64,000 nucleotides of DNA from assembly GCF_009914755.1 (NCBI RefSeq), contig NC_060929.1. One strand, 5' to 3'. Shown here piece by piece: positions 26,980 to 39,800 of this stretch. Numbering within the stretch: the stretch's first letter is position 1; every line of letters begins with the position of its first letter. The notes below the pieces were generated by a model. That model did no database searches, was not told the origin of the DNA, and saw only the letters and a list, made by a program, of their open reading frames with translations. The stretch comes from the human T2T-CHM13v2.0 reference genome, Homo sapiens. Both the position numbers and the translations under genes were made by a program.

Positions 26980-27605
26980 CTTGCTTCTATAGCCCTACCC
27001 ACTTGTTTCAAAAGGCTTTATATTGGGCTGTGCAGTTTGACCTACAAGCCAGTTAATGGTGCTTGTAGGTAAGAGCCAGTAGCAGCCTGTGCAGCTAGGT
27101 ATACACTTGATTCCTGTTTACTGGGAGAATCTCTGTGATGCCACAGGCAATGGGCTGATTCGTGGAATGCAGTGGTCTGAGCTCCCTGCTCAGCTCTGGG
27201 AGTGGGGCCATGAAGAGCAGTGCTCAGCCAGGCCAGTTCACATACAGGTCTTCCAATGGCTGGCACAAGCACCAGGGCTCAGGAAGAATCCAGTGGGCAG
27301 TCACCAAGTGCCCAGAGGTGTGCCTAGGCATGGAACTGGGAAACCTCCTCAGCCTCATATTCTGCATGGAGATAGGGGGTGGCCTAAACTCCTAATCCAG
27401 TGGAGTAGGTGTCACCTGGAGATCCCTGGAGATCTGCCTGAGCATGGAGCATGGAGCAGAGAAAGCACAATCTGTGTCCATGAAGGGTGGGGTGGTTCTC
27501 GCTGCTGGCTCAGGCAAGCAGGTGCTCCAAATGCCTGGATTTCTGCCTAGAAGTGAAGCAGAGAAGGCCCTGGTGTGCCATGATTTCAGGGTAACAGGCT
27601 GGAGC

Positions 27606-27990
27606 GTATATATTATATAATATATTATATTTTATATAATAAAAACCTTTATAATAAATAAATAAAATACAAATATATAAATAATATATAAATAAAAATT
27701 TATAATAAATGAAATAAATTTTCATACTTTAATTATTAAATAATTGTATTTATTTATATTTAATAATTATTTAGTAATTATTAATTAGTAAACAAAATTA
27801 TTTAATATTTTATTAAATTACTATTAATGATATAATATATTTATATAAATTTTATTAAATTATTACTATAAATTTAATATTTAAAATTATTTAATTTTAA
27901 TATTTTATAATACATAAAATATATGTATTAATATGAATACATTTTATAAACATATTTATATAGAAATGTATATATAGCTTTCTTCGCATA
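27606..27990. repeat. AT-rich low-complexity tract
   Basis: Almost exclusively A/T, starting exactly at the outer end of the right arm. Confidence 0.9.
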
Positions 27991-29220
27991 TAAACATGAA
28001 ACGAAAGAAAAAGAAGAATATTCCACCAGCAATACAATAATTACAAAATTTAGGATTGTCAAGGTCTCCATATGAGAAGGTATCAGCGCAAGAATTCTGG
28101 CACCATGAAAAATCTGAATGCAGTGACCCTACGAAAGGATCACATTAGCTCTCCAGCAATAGTCCCTAAAGTAAAATGAAAACTCAGAAATAACGTATAA
28201 AGAATTCAAAGCATAGATTTCGAGAAAGCTCAATGAGATCCAAGTCAAAGTTGAAAATCAACACAAAGAAACTTCTAAAACAATCCAGGAAGTGCAGAAG
28301 GATATAAACATCTTAAAAACAAATCAATTAGTGCTTTTGGAATTGAAAAATTCAATTGAATAATTTCAAAGTAAAATTGAAAACTTTTTTAACAAATTGA
28401 ATCAAACAGAAGAAAAAATTTTAGAGCTTAAAGACTGGTCTTTTGAACTAACCTGGACAGACAAAAGTAAAGAAAAAAAGAATTCTAAACAAATGAACAA
28501 AGTCTTTGAGAAATATGAGACTATATACAGCAGAAAAACACATGAATTATTGGCATTCCTAAATAAAAAGGTGAAAAAACAACTAATCTGGAAAACATAT
28601 TTGAGAGGGAATAATTGAAGGAAACTTCCCTAATTTTGCTAGAGTGTTGGATATCTAGATACAAGAAATCCAGAGAATGCATTTGAAATACTATGCCAAA
28701 TGAACACTGCCAAGGCAGATAGTCACCAAACTGTCCAAGGTAAATGGTAAAGAAAAAATTTTAAAGGCAATTGGACAAAAAGGTCAGATCATATACAAAG
28801 AGAAACCTATTAGGCTAACAGTGAACTTCTCAGCAGAAACCTTAAAATCCAGAAAAGACTGGGGGGCTATTTTCAGAATTCTTAAAGAAAAAAAAGAATT
28901 CCAATCAAAAAGTTTATACTCTGCCAAAGTCAGCTTCATAAGTGAAAGAGAAGTAAAAGTTTTTCCAGACAAACAACAAAGTGATAAAGGAATTTGTTAC
29001 TACTACACTAGCCTTACAAGAGATTATTAAAGGAGTTCTAAACATAAAAATAAAAGAACAACCTGCTAACGCAAAACACACTTAAGTACATAGCCTGAAG
29101 ACCCTATAAGCAACCATACAATACAAACTACAAAGCAACTGGCTAACAGCCTCATGATAGGGTCAAAACTTCACATATCGATATTAATCTTTAATGTAAA
29201 TGGCCCCAATGACCCACTTA

Positions 29221-29566
<346 letters not shown>

Positions 29567-31615
29567 AAGACACCTCCTTCTGTTGTTTTTAGGAGACCCA
29601 CCACACATGTCATAACATCCATAGGCTCAAAATAAAGGGTTGGAGAAAGATCAACCATGCAAACAGACAATAAAAGAGAGCAGGGATAGCTCTTTTTATA
29701 TCAGATAAACAGACATTGAACAAACGCCAGTAGAAAAGAAAAAACAACAACAAAGAAGGACGTTATGAAATACTAAAGGGTTCAATTCAACAAGAAGACT
29801 TAAGTATTCTAATATATATGCATTCAACATTGGAATACTCAGATTCATAAAGTGAGTACTTCTAGACCCACAAAAAGACTTAGACTGCTGTACTATAATA
29901 GTGAAGGATATGAATACCCCACTGACAGCATTAGCAGATACCAAGGCAGAAAACTACCAAAGAAATTCTGGACTTAAACTTGATGCTTGGCCAATTGGAC
30001 CAAATAGACATCTACAGAATACTCCACTCATCAAACACAAAATATGCATTCTCCTCATCTGCATACAGGACATACTCCAAGATCAACTACATGCTCTGTC
30101 ATAAAACAAGTCTCAAGAAATTAAAAAAAAAATCCAAATCATACCAACCATAGTCTTGGACCCAGTGCACTAAAAATAAAAATCAATACCAAGAAGATCT
30201 CTCAAAACCATGAAATTACATGCAAATTAAACAAATTGTTCCTCAATGACTTTTGAGTAAACAATGAAATTAAGGCAAAAATAAAAAAAATTGAAATAAA
30301 TGCAAACAGAAACACAACATATTAATATCCCAAGGATGCAGCAAAAGCAATGTTAAGAGAAAAGTTTATAGCACTCCAGGTCAACCTCAAAAAGCTAGGA
30401 AGATCTCAAATTAATGACCTAACATCACATCTTGAGGAACTAGAAAAACAAGAGCAAACTAAACCCAAAGCTAACAGAAGAAAAGAAATAACTAAAATCA
30501 CACGGGGGCTGAACAAAAATGAAACCCCAAAATTTATGCAAAAACCCCCCAAAACCACATGTTGGTTATTTGAAAGGATAAAGAAAATCAGTTGATCACT
30601 AGCTAGATTAACAACAAAAAAGAACATCCAAATAAGCACAATCAGAGACAACAAATGTGGCGTTACCACTGATCCCAAGGAAAAACAAAAGATTCTCAGA
30701 GACTATTATGAACACTTCCGCACATGAAAATTAGAAAATCTAGAGAAAATGGAAATCACAATCTCCCAAAATTGAATCAGGAAGAAATTGAAACACTGAA
30801 CAGACCAATATCAATTTCTGAAATTTTATCCATAATCAAAGTCTATAAACCAAAAAAGCCCTAGTCTAAATGGATTATTCACAGCTGAATTCTACCATAC
30901 ATACAAAGAAGAGCCAGTACAAATTCTGTTGAAACTATTCCAAAAATTGAGAAAGCAAAATTCCTCTCTAACTCATTCTATGAAACCAGCATCAACCTGA
31001 AACTAAAACCTGGCAAAGACACAACAACAAAAAATAAAATTGCAAGCCAATATCCCTGATGAATATAGACATGAAAATCCTCAATAAAAAAAAAAAACAC
31101 GAAAAGAAAGAAAAAGAAAAACTAGAAAAACGAATTCAACAGCATATCAAAAAAAGTTAATTCATTGTTCTTTTTTGGGCTGTCACATTGGTTCAGCATA
31201 TACAAATTAATAAATGTGATTAATCACATGAACAGAATTTTAAAAAAAATCATATGATCATTTCAATAGATGCAAAAGAAACTTTTAATAAAATCCAACA
31301 TCTCTTCATTATAAAAACCTTCAAGAAACTAGCCACTGAAGGAACATTTCTCAAAATAATAAGGACCATGTATGACAGACTCACAACAAACATCATACTG
31401 AATGGACAAAAACTGGAAACATTTCTGTATAAGAACTAGAATTAGACAAAGATGCCCACTCTCACCACTCCTAATCAGCATAATACTGAAAGCACTAACC
31501 AGAGCAACCAGGCAAGAGAAAAATATAAAAGGCATCCTTAGAGAAAAGATCTCTGACTGTCTCTCTTCACAGACAATACGATTCTCCACCTAGAGAACTC
31601 TAATGACTCCACCCG

Positions 31616-33945
31616 TAGGAAAAAAAAAATAGGAGTTACAAACCAAAAAATACAAATACTGACTATTGTATGTTACTTTAATGAGTATGCTTTATTTCTT
31701 CATTTGGCTTCAAATTACTGCTTAGTGTCATTTTATTTCCACCTCAAATTTTTTTTTTTTTTTTTTAGCATTTCTTGTATGGCAGGTTTAATAGTGATAA
31801 ACTTCCTTAACTCTTGTTTATCTAAGAATGTCTACATCTCTCTTCATTTTTGAAGAAAAAATTGTCAGATATCAAATTTTTGGCTCACTGTTCTTTGTTT
31901 TCAGCACTTTAAGAAAAATATCCCACTTCATGGTTTGATGAGAAATTTGTTGTTAATAATATTGAGGCTCCTTTATACATAAGAAGTCATTTTTTTTCTT
32001 ATTGCTTTTGAGATTATCTTGTTTTGTCTTTTGACAGTTTTACAATAAGTCTCAGTATACATCTCCTTGAATTTAGCCTACTTGCGTTCATTGAACTTCT
32101 TGGATAGGTAGATGCATACATTTCATCAGATTTGGGAAGTTTTTAGCCATTACGTTTTCAAATATTCCCTCTCACACTTTTTCTGGGGCCCCTACAACAC
32201 ATATGTTGATACACTTGATGGTGTGTTATAGGTCTCTTATTCTCTATTTATTTTTTGTTTGTTTATGCTTTTCAGACTGGTTAATTTCAATTGTCTTGTC
32301 TTCAAATTTACTAATTCTTCTGCCTGTTAAAACGTGCTGTTGGACATCTCTAGTGATTTTTTTCATGTATCTATCTTGTTTTTCAGCTTGATTACTTTCT
32401 AAAATTTATCTATTTGTGGATATTCTTTATTTGTTAATGCATCATTCTCTTGGTTTTCTTTAGGTCTTTTTCCATGGATTCCTTTAGGTTTTTGAGAAAA
32501 TATAAGATAGTTGATTTAAACTTTTTCTTTTAAATACAATGTGTAGGCTTCTTCAGAGAAATAGTTTCTGTCAATTTCTTTTTGTAAATGGGCAATATTT
32601 TCCTAGTTTTTCATAATGCTTTAAAATTATTTATTAAAAATAGATATTATGAATATTAAAATATAACTCTGGAAATTAGATGTCTCCACATCTCTGGTGA
32701 TTGCTGTAATTTCTTTATAAGGGGTGTAATCGTCTCTGTTCTCTTTTCTCTGTTGTTTCCTCAGAGTGATCCTATGTCCTCATGGAAATTTTCTAAATCC
32801 CTGGAGCCAAAACAACAACAACAAAAACCTCTCTTTGTGTTTGCAATCTAGCTCTTAACTATTTATGGCACATCTTTAATGCTTAGACAGGCCTACTGTA
32901 ACTGCACATTTGTCTTCATCTCCTGTTTATATGGAGCTCAGCAATGAGCTAGAGGTGCCAGACTAGGTTTACTCTGAATTTGTGTCTGCGAGTTATATTC
33001 TGGATCTGCCAGTACACGAAGTATCTCTTCTAAGCCCTCGTTTCCTTATTATCTTTCTCCTTAGCATACTTTTCCAGGATTTTCTGTCTGTTTTCCCCCT
33101 GCCATGCCCACCATCTCTTGTCCTAGGTGACTACAGGTAGTATATGTCTTTAAATCCTATCAACAAATCTGTTCAGGAATCTACTGCAGACTCTTGGAAA
33201 GAAAATAAAGATAAGCCTCTGTGCTGATTCCTCTGAAATTACCAAACCGATAAAAATGTGAAACCTATTTTTTTTCCTCGTTTTTTTTTTTTTTTTTTTT
33301 TTTCTTGAGACAGGGTCCAACTCCCATTGCCCAGGCTAGAGTACAGTGGCATGATCTTGATTCATTGCAACCTCGAATTGCCAGGATCAAACAATCCTCC
33401 CGTCTTAGCCTCCTCAGTAGCTGGAATGACAGTCATACACCACCACTCCTGGATAGTGTTTTGTATTTTTAGTAGAGACAGGGTTTTGCCATGTTTTCTG
33501 GGCTGGTCACAAACTCCTGGGCTCAACGTATCCACCTGCCTAGGCCTCCCAAAGTGCTGGGATTACAGGGGTGAGCCACCATATCCTGCCTAAAATGTAA
33601 ATTTTGGGGGAACAAAGTTTACATTGCACCCTCCACTCCCCACCCCCACCCTCCAACCCCAAGGCACCAGCAGGCTGCACCAGAAACACAGACTACCATT
33701 TCCACCACTGATGCTAAGCTGGCGAATAGGGGTGGGCAGATGGGTAGGCAAAAAGTCACAATGCTTTTTTAACTAAAATTATAGCAGACTTTATCTTCAT
33801 TTATCACTATCTGGTTGCTTTAAGGTTTTCCTTTTTTCCAGAGTCCCAAAAGAACTGATTAACTGTTTTCCAGCCTAATAGTTGCTTAAATTAGATGGAG
33901 TGCAGATGTTGGTTCTTGGAGCTTTCTATTTTGCCATTTTCTTTG
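31616..33945 (-). mobile_element. L1MB/L1MC-type 5' portion (5'UTR, ORF1, inter-ORF)
   Basis: ggagttacaaaccaaaaa, tagcatttcttgtatggcagg and tttgggaagtttttagccatt motifs; reverse strand starts gaaaatggcaaaatagaaagctc. Confidence 0.75.
33281..33590 (-). mobile_element. AluJ
   Basis: Poly-T, gagacagggtc, aactcctgggctcaa, cccaaagtgctgggattacagg. Confidence 0.92.
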
Positions 33946-34791
33946 TTGTCATTCTGGATTAAATGTTTAAGTCCAAAATTATTTTCCATTAGTATATACA
34001 CTAAGTGTAGATAAAACTCCATAGAATAAGATTTAAAAAGCTCAGCTTTATATAAGCATACCAACCAGAGTTTTTTCCTCATTCTTATGACCATTCCTTA
34101 TTATTTGTCCTTCCTTCTAGTGTGACATACTAAACTTTTATACATATAATTAAAAAGTTTTAAACATGTACTATACACTAGCTAGTGTGCCAGGTACTAA
34201 AAATATTTTGTCTCTCATCAATGAGCTCACAGTTTAAAGTAGAGGTAAGACAATACTTCTTAAATCTCTAGGCAACAGTTTGGAGAATGAATTTATGTAA
34301 AGAAAGACTGGTGAAAAGATCAGAAGACTAATGTATAACACTTGATTTATAATGGTTTTGAAAAATAAAAAATTAAAACAGACCACACTATTTTCTACTA
34401 ATTTTACCAATTATTTAACATAGATATTAAGCCAAGACCTCAGAATTCTCCTACTATATAATCCCAATCATTACATATATGTTATTTATGACACAGTGGC
34501 CTAATATAGCAGATCATTTTTCTTACTCTTTAAAAATTAAGACAGAGAATTTTTAATAATCTAGTTTTGTAAGTTATTAATAGCAGAAGCATTTCAACTA
34601 ACCATTTCTAAGGATTTGTTCCATAAAAAGTTCAATAAAGTCAAAATGCTATAAATAGAATATTATATTTTATAGTCTTTAAAAAGGTCACTTTTGACTA
34701 TATAGCAAATGTTATGCATACATATGCTGATATGTTTTTTAAATTTTTAAAAACATCTAATTAAAGAAGTATTTTATTAAAATTAAGTTTT

Positions 34792-35586
34792 AAAGCTAGA
34801 ACTTGTATTTATGCCAAATAAAACTAGATATTTATTCTTAGTGTTCCTTTACAGACAAGGAAAAGTTTGAGAATTACTCTATGTTGATAACTTTCCTTAA
34901 TCGTTTAAAAGCTATGTTAACATCCACAAATGTTGTTTTAAGGAAACATGCATTTACTTTTTATCGTATGCTGTAATCTGATGAATAAATGATTAACAGA
35001 AGGCACCAAGACTAAAATATTTCTTCTTAGAGTTCTGTCATTTATCTGTCACCTACCAGTAAATAATTCTATTTGTGAGTGAAGAACATTACAATATGAC
35101 ACATGGTAAAATAATTAGCTAGCAGAAATATAGCTTCCATTGTATTTAGATGTCATATGTTCTAGAATTTTCCATTGATCTTGACGGTTACCGTAGATGA
35201 TATGAACAGTCTTGGGGAAAGCAGTACAATAATCTATCTATGTTAAAATAATAGAGGCTATCCTTTGGGAATAGTGGTAGTGAACTATAGAACCTCTCAC
35301 AAGGACAGAGCTGCTTTTTCTTTCTATTTTACTTTTTCCTCCCTTAGCCAATCTAGATTTTCGACTCTATTCAGTGATTCATCCAAAAGAATTGTTTTGG
35401 GTTACTTCCTGATGATAGATGTTTATATCTTAAAACATATTTCCCAGATTATGTTCTTTTTCACTGTTTTGATGGAAAAGATAGAACCTGTGTTTACATA
35501 GAGTAAAGCCAGTTTTATTCTTAGTGTTCCTTTACAAATCACGAAAAGTTTGAATATTACTCTATAATGACAAACTTTCATTAATC
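34792..35586. repeat. ~110-bp direct repeat pair (34792-34902 and 35477-35586)
   Basis: tttattcttagtgttcctttaca, gaaaagtttga and attactctat shared in the same order. Confidence 0.85.
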
Positions 35587-36023
35587 ATAGCTTATATTCT
35601 CAACAGCGTTTTATGAAAAGAAAATTTCACTTAAAAGTTATGGTTTCTTTCTCTGTAGTTGTGTTAGTTGTGCATTATATATTTATAAATGTGTATTTTA
35701 TAGACATCAAGTAATACATATTTTGAATTTATACAGTTATTAAATTTTTATTATCTTGAAGAGAATCAATAAGAATATTACTATTTTACTCTCAGAAGAT
35801 TAAATGTGTGTGTGTGTGTGTGTGTGAGTATACACACATGCATGTATATATAATGCCAGTTATATGAAATAATTAATTCACTTTGGAGAGATCATTGTTT
35901 ATTTTACCTGATATCTAAACCTTAGTTCAGGGGAGCGTTTACTGCATATTCATTATTCAGAACAATATTTTAAAGATTCAAATACAGAAATATTTGAGTA
36001 GTCATTAGACATCAAACAACTTA

Positions 36024-36813
36024 TGAAATGAGAAAAGTCCCCTAATCCCCTTGTAGGGCGAGCAACAGGGTGTGGCTGGCTTCTTTGGTGCCCCTCTGCT
36101 CAAACCCCTAGGGGTAGCATGCAGAGGAGGAGGTCGTGGGGAGCGTTTTTTAGCTCCAACCCCATAGCAGCGTCTAAGGTTGAATGTTTAAGGCTCCCAA
36201 GACCCCAGTGGGCGTGTGTTAAAGTGTGCTCTTTCAGTTTTGCCATCTGCAGGGCTTGTGTCAATCACTCAATTAGACCCTCTGTCTTATTGCATGGAGA
36301 GAGCGCTTTCTGTTTCTTAGGTTCTTGCCTTAGTATACTGGAAAAATCCTATCACATGTGGTCTTGGGGGACGAGTGCAAGACTTTTTATTGAATAGTGG
36401 TAGCTCTCAGCAAGGTGGATGAGGAGGCCAGAAGGGGGAATGGAGTGGGAAGGTGTTCTTTCCCTGGAGTCAGGCCACCCAGAGGCCAGACTCTCCTCTG
36501 ACAGAATTCCCCTCGGTGTCTGCATCATTCTGCCCCTGATGGCCTGCCAATGTCTGCTGGTACCTGTCTGTGTACTCTTCCACTCCTCTTGATGTCCAGA
36601 CACCTATGTGTGTGCCCGCTAGGGTCTTGGGGTTTTTATCGGTACAGGTTGGGGGATGTGGTGGGCTGGAATGCTCTTGGAAACGCAACATTTGGGCAAG
36701 AAAAAGGAGTGCCTGTTCTCACTTAGGTTCATGGTCACAGACCCCAGGGTGAAGCCCTTGCCAGGGACCCTGCCCTTCTCTACCCAGCACTTCCTTGCCC
36801 TGCTCCCATATCA
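36024..36813 (-). mobile_element. LTR1-family (HUERS-P2, ERV1) solo LTR
   Basis: TG...CA termini, 4-bp TSD CTTA at 36020-36023 and 36814-36817; reverse strand gaagtgctgggtagagaagggc, cccaaatgttgc. Confidence 0.85.
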
Positions 36814-39800
36814 CTTACATTTAAAAATGAAATTGTAGGGCAAATTTGATATTTCCTTGTGATCCATAATAAAAAGACTTGTTTAAATAAATATAGATAA
36901 TTATTTTCTAATTTTATTTGGAAGAATATCTTTTTATTAGTGTTATTTTTGACTTAATGTTAAAATTAAGAAAAATAAATTGGTAGCATAGAGGCTGAAC
37001 ATTTGATTGGATGAAGAAAATTATAGCCACACATAAGAGTAATAAATAGGGGAGGGAGGCCGAGATGCTTGACTAGAAGCAGCTAGTGTGCACTATTCTC
37101 ATGGAGAGGAGAAAGAATGGTCAGTAAATACTTGTTCTTCACTGGAACATTCAGGTGGACACATGGGGATTCATCAAGAAAGCAACCTGATCCACAGAGA
37201 AGGGAGAAGAGTGAGACAGGATGACCATCAACCCGCAGTGTCACGGAGATGGGGGAGGCTCCCTCACCCCAGGGAAACAGTGAGTAAGGGAGATTCTCCA
37301 AAGACTCATACTTCTGCCACAAACATTTGCAACTCTGAGCTTAGGAGATTCCACATGAGACCTCCAACAAGGGCCTCCTGATTACACGGAGAGCAATGTG
37401 GGGTCTGGGCAGAGCTGCTGCTCAGACTTACACAGAGTCCCAGGAGCGTTGGATCCCTGGGCATCTTGGCATTAGCAGCTGCTGCTCTGGCAAGGGGGTA
37501 AGTCAGGCTCCTTCACAGACCCCAAGAAAGGGGCTGAATCTATAGGGCTGAGCACCAATGGACTGCAGGCCTCACTTCTACCACACCTCACAGGATAATG
37601 TCCACTGGCCTTGGGATGCTAGCAAGGCCACCCCAGCCCCACCTGGGCTCTTGGGCCAGTAGCAGCTCTGCACTTTTCTGGGATGGAATTCCCAAAGGGA
37701 GAGGCAGATCACTAATTTTTCTGTTTCACAGCTCTCACTGCTGTAGCTCTCAGGCTCTGAAGGGTGCATGGTGATTAAGGACTGGTGCAGAGCCCAGCAC
37801 AGGGCAGCCACCCTACAGAAAAGCAGCCAGACCATTTTCCAAGTGATTTTCTGTTCCCACTTTTCCTGACTGAGCAGGGCCTCTTAATCTGGGACTCCAG
37901 CACAACTACCATGTACCCCTCTGAATACTTCAGTCAGAGAAGGCTCTACATTTCTCCAAGGAGGAAATCCAAGAGAAAACCCACAGCCCCACCAGACTGG
38001 GAAAGGAACAAAGAGTCTGGTCAATAAGATGGCACCTCTGCCACACTACAGCCACCATACACAGAGGAACCCAGGGCCCCTTCCCTGCTGCAACTGACAG
38101 CCCCTCTGCCACTGCCATGGCAGTGGTTCCGCTGCAGCTGCCCTCTGTCTGGGGAAAATACAAAGAGCCCTAGGGCATCACCTGAGCTTCCAGCATGCCA
38201 CAGTTGCCTTAAGGAGAGGAGCCCACTCTTCCCTCGCTGTGAGCCCTTCACACTCCACTTTTCATCAAGAAGAGCCCCCAGCTCGGTCCAACAGTGCAGC
38301 CACCCCACCCCTACTGAACACTCCCAGTAGTAGTGGCTCTGTGCATCTCTGAGGTGGAGCTCGCAGAAGCAATTGAAAGCCCCTCTGCCACTTCCAAGGC
38401 TGTGATATTATCCTTGGTGCCACTGGACTTGAAAACGAGCAAAGACCCTGAGTGCCTTAAGCAAACCTCCAGCAAGCTGCAGTTGCCCTAAGGACAAGAG
38501 GCCATTTTGTCTCCCTCATGACCTCCACCATTCCATCTACTCATCACCAGGAAGGACCCCAATTTGGGCCCACAGTGCAGCCACACTACCCATCACACTG
38601 ATTGATCTGGCTCTACATCTCTCTGGGGTGGAGTCCCAAGCAAAAGGCCCTTTGCCACAACCACTGCCAAGGACCCTTCCCTTGCTGCCTCCAAGATAGG
38701 GAGGGAACATAAAGTCTGAGCTTGCCCTGGAGCTGTGGTGGGCAGCCCAAGAGTGCCAAGCCAAAATCTGCAAGCAGAACTCAAGTGGGAGAGGAGCCCA
38801 CCCTTTCAGAGCACTGAGAAAGAGCAAGGCTGCAATTGTGAGACAATATGAATGAGCCACGTGGCCAAGCAAAAGTCTAGTACTGACCAATACTCATCTG
38901 CACCATCTACTGGTTCACAGCCCAAACTTCAACATCAGAAATATTTTGCTAATATATTTTGAAACCAAGGACAAGAATTCAGCTACAAATAAATACCATG
39001 CATAGATCCCTAGTCCTCTGAAAACATACAGAAAAGAAGTTTACTGGCAGTACTCAATTTACACCTCAGTTAAAGGAACAGCCCACACAAATGGGAAAGA
39101 ATCAGTGTAAGAACTCTGGCAACTCAGAAAGCTGGAGTGTCTTCTTTCCTCCAAACACCACACTAGTTTCCTAGCAAGGATTCTTAACTGGCTGTAGTCC
39201 CTGAAATGACAGATATAGAATTCAGAATATGGATAAGAATAAAGACCATTGAGATAAAGGACAAAGCCAAAACCGTATCCACAATAAGATGATACAGGAG
39301 CTGAAAGACAAAATGGACATTATGAGAAATAACTACACAGATCTGGTAGAGCTAAAAACACTACAAGAATTTCATAATGCAATCGCAAGTATTAACAACA
39401 GAATAGACAAAACTGAGGAATAAATTTCAGAGCTCAAAGACTGGCTGTCTGAACTAACTCAGTAAGACAAAAACAAAGAAGAATAAAAAGAAATGAACAA
39501 AACCTCCAAGAAATATGGGATTATGTAAGAAGACCAAATCTATGACTCATTGTCATCTCTAAAAAGATGAGGAGAAAGCAAGTGACTTGGAAACAAGTAA
39601 GGATATCATCCATGAAAACTTCCCTAACCTTTCTAGACCGGTCAACATTCAAATGCAGGAAATTCAGAGAACCCCTGAGAAATAGTACACAAGAAGGCTA
39701 TTGCCAAGACATATAATCCTCAGACTCTCCAAAGTTGAAATGGAAGAAAACATGTTAAAGGTAATTAGAAAGAATGGGCAGATCACCTACAAAGGGAATC

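Larger units (their letters stand above)
25061..27605. repeat. Large inverted repeat: left arm 25061-~25848, right arm ~26472-27605
   Basis: Base-by-base reverse-complement match; identical peptides in opposite-strand ORFs 25275..25583(-) and 27089..27550(+). Confidence 0.97.

Noticed and set aside
27089-27550. 153-aa ORF and its twin at 25275-25583 as duplicated genes
   Set aside because: Antisense reading of an L1 5'UTR; the frames diverge at a 2-bp indel and identity reflects the inverted repeat
37600-38760. Internal ~240-bp repeated motifs (cccctctgccac, cagttgcc..aagga)
   Set aside because: As I recall, tandem subrepeats are a normal feature of this class of L1 5'UTR
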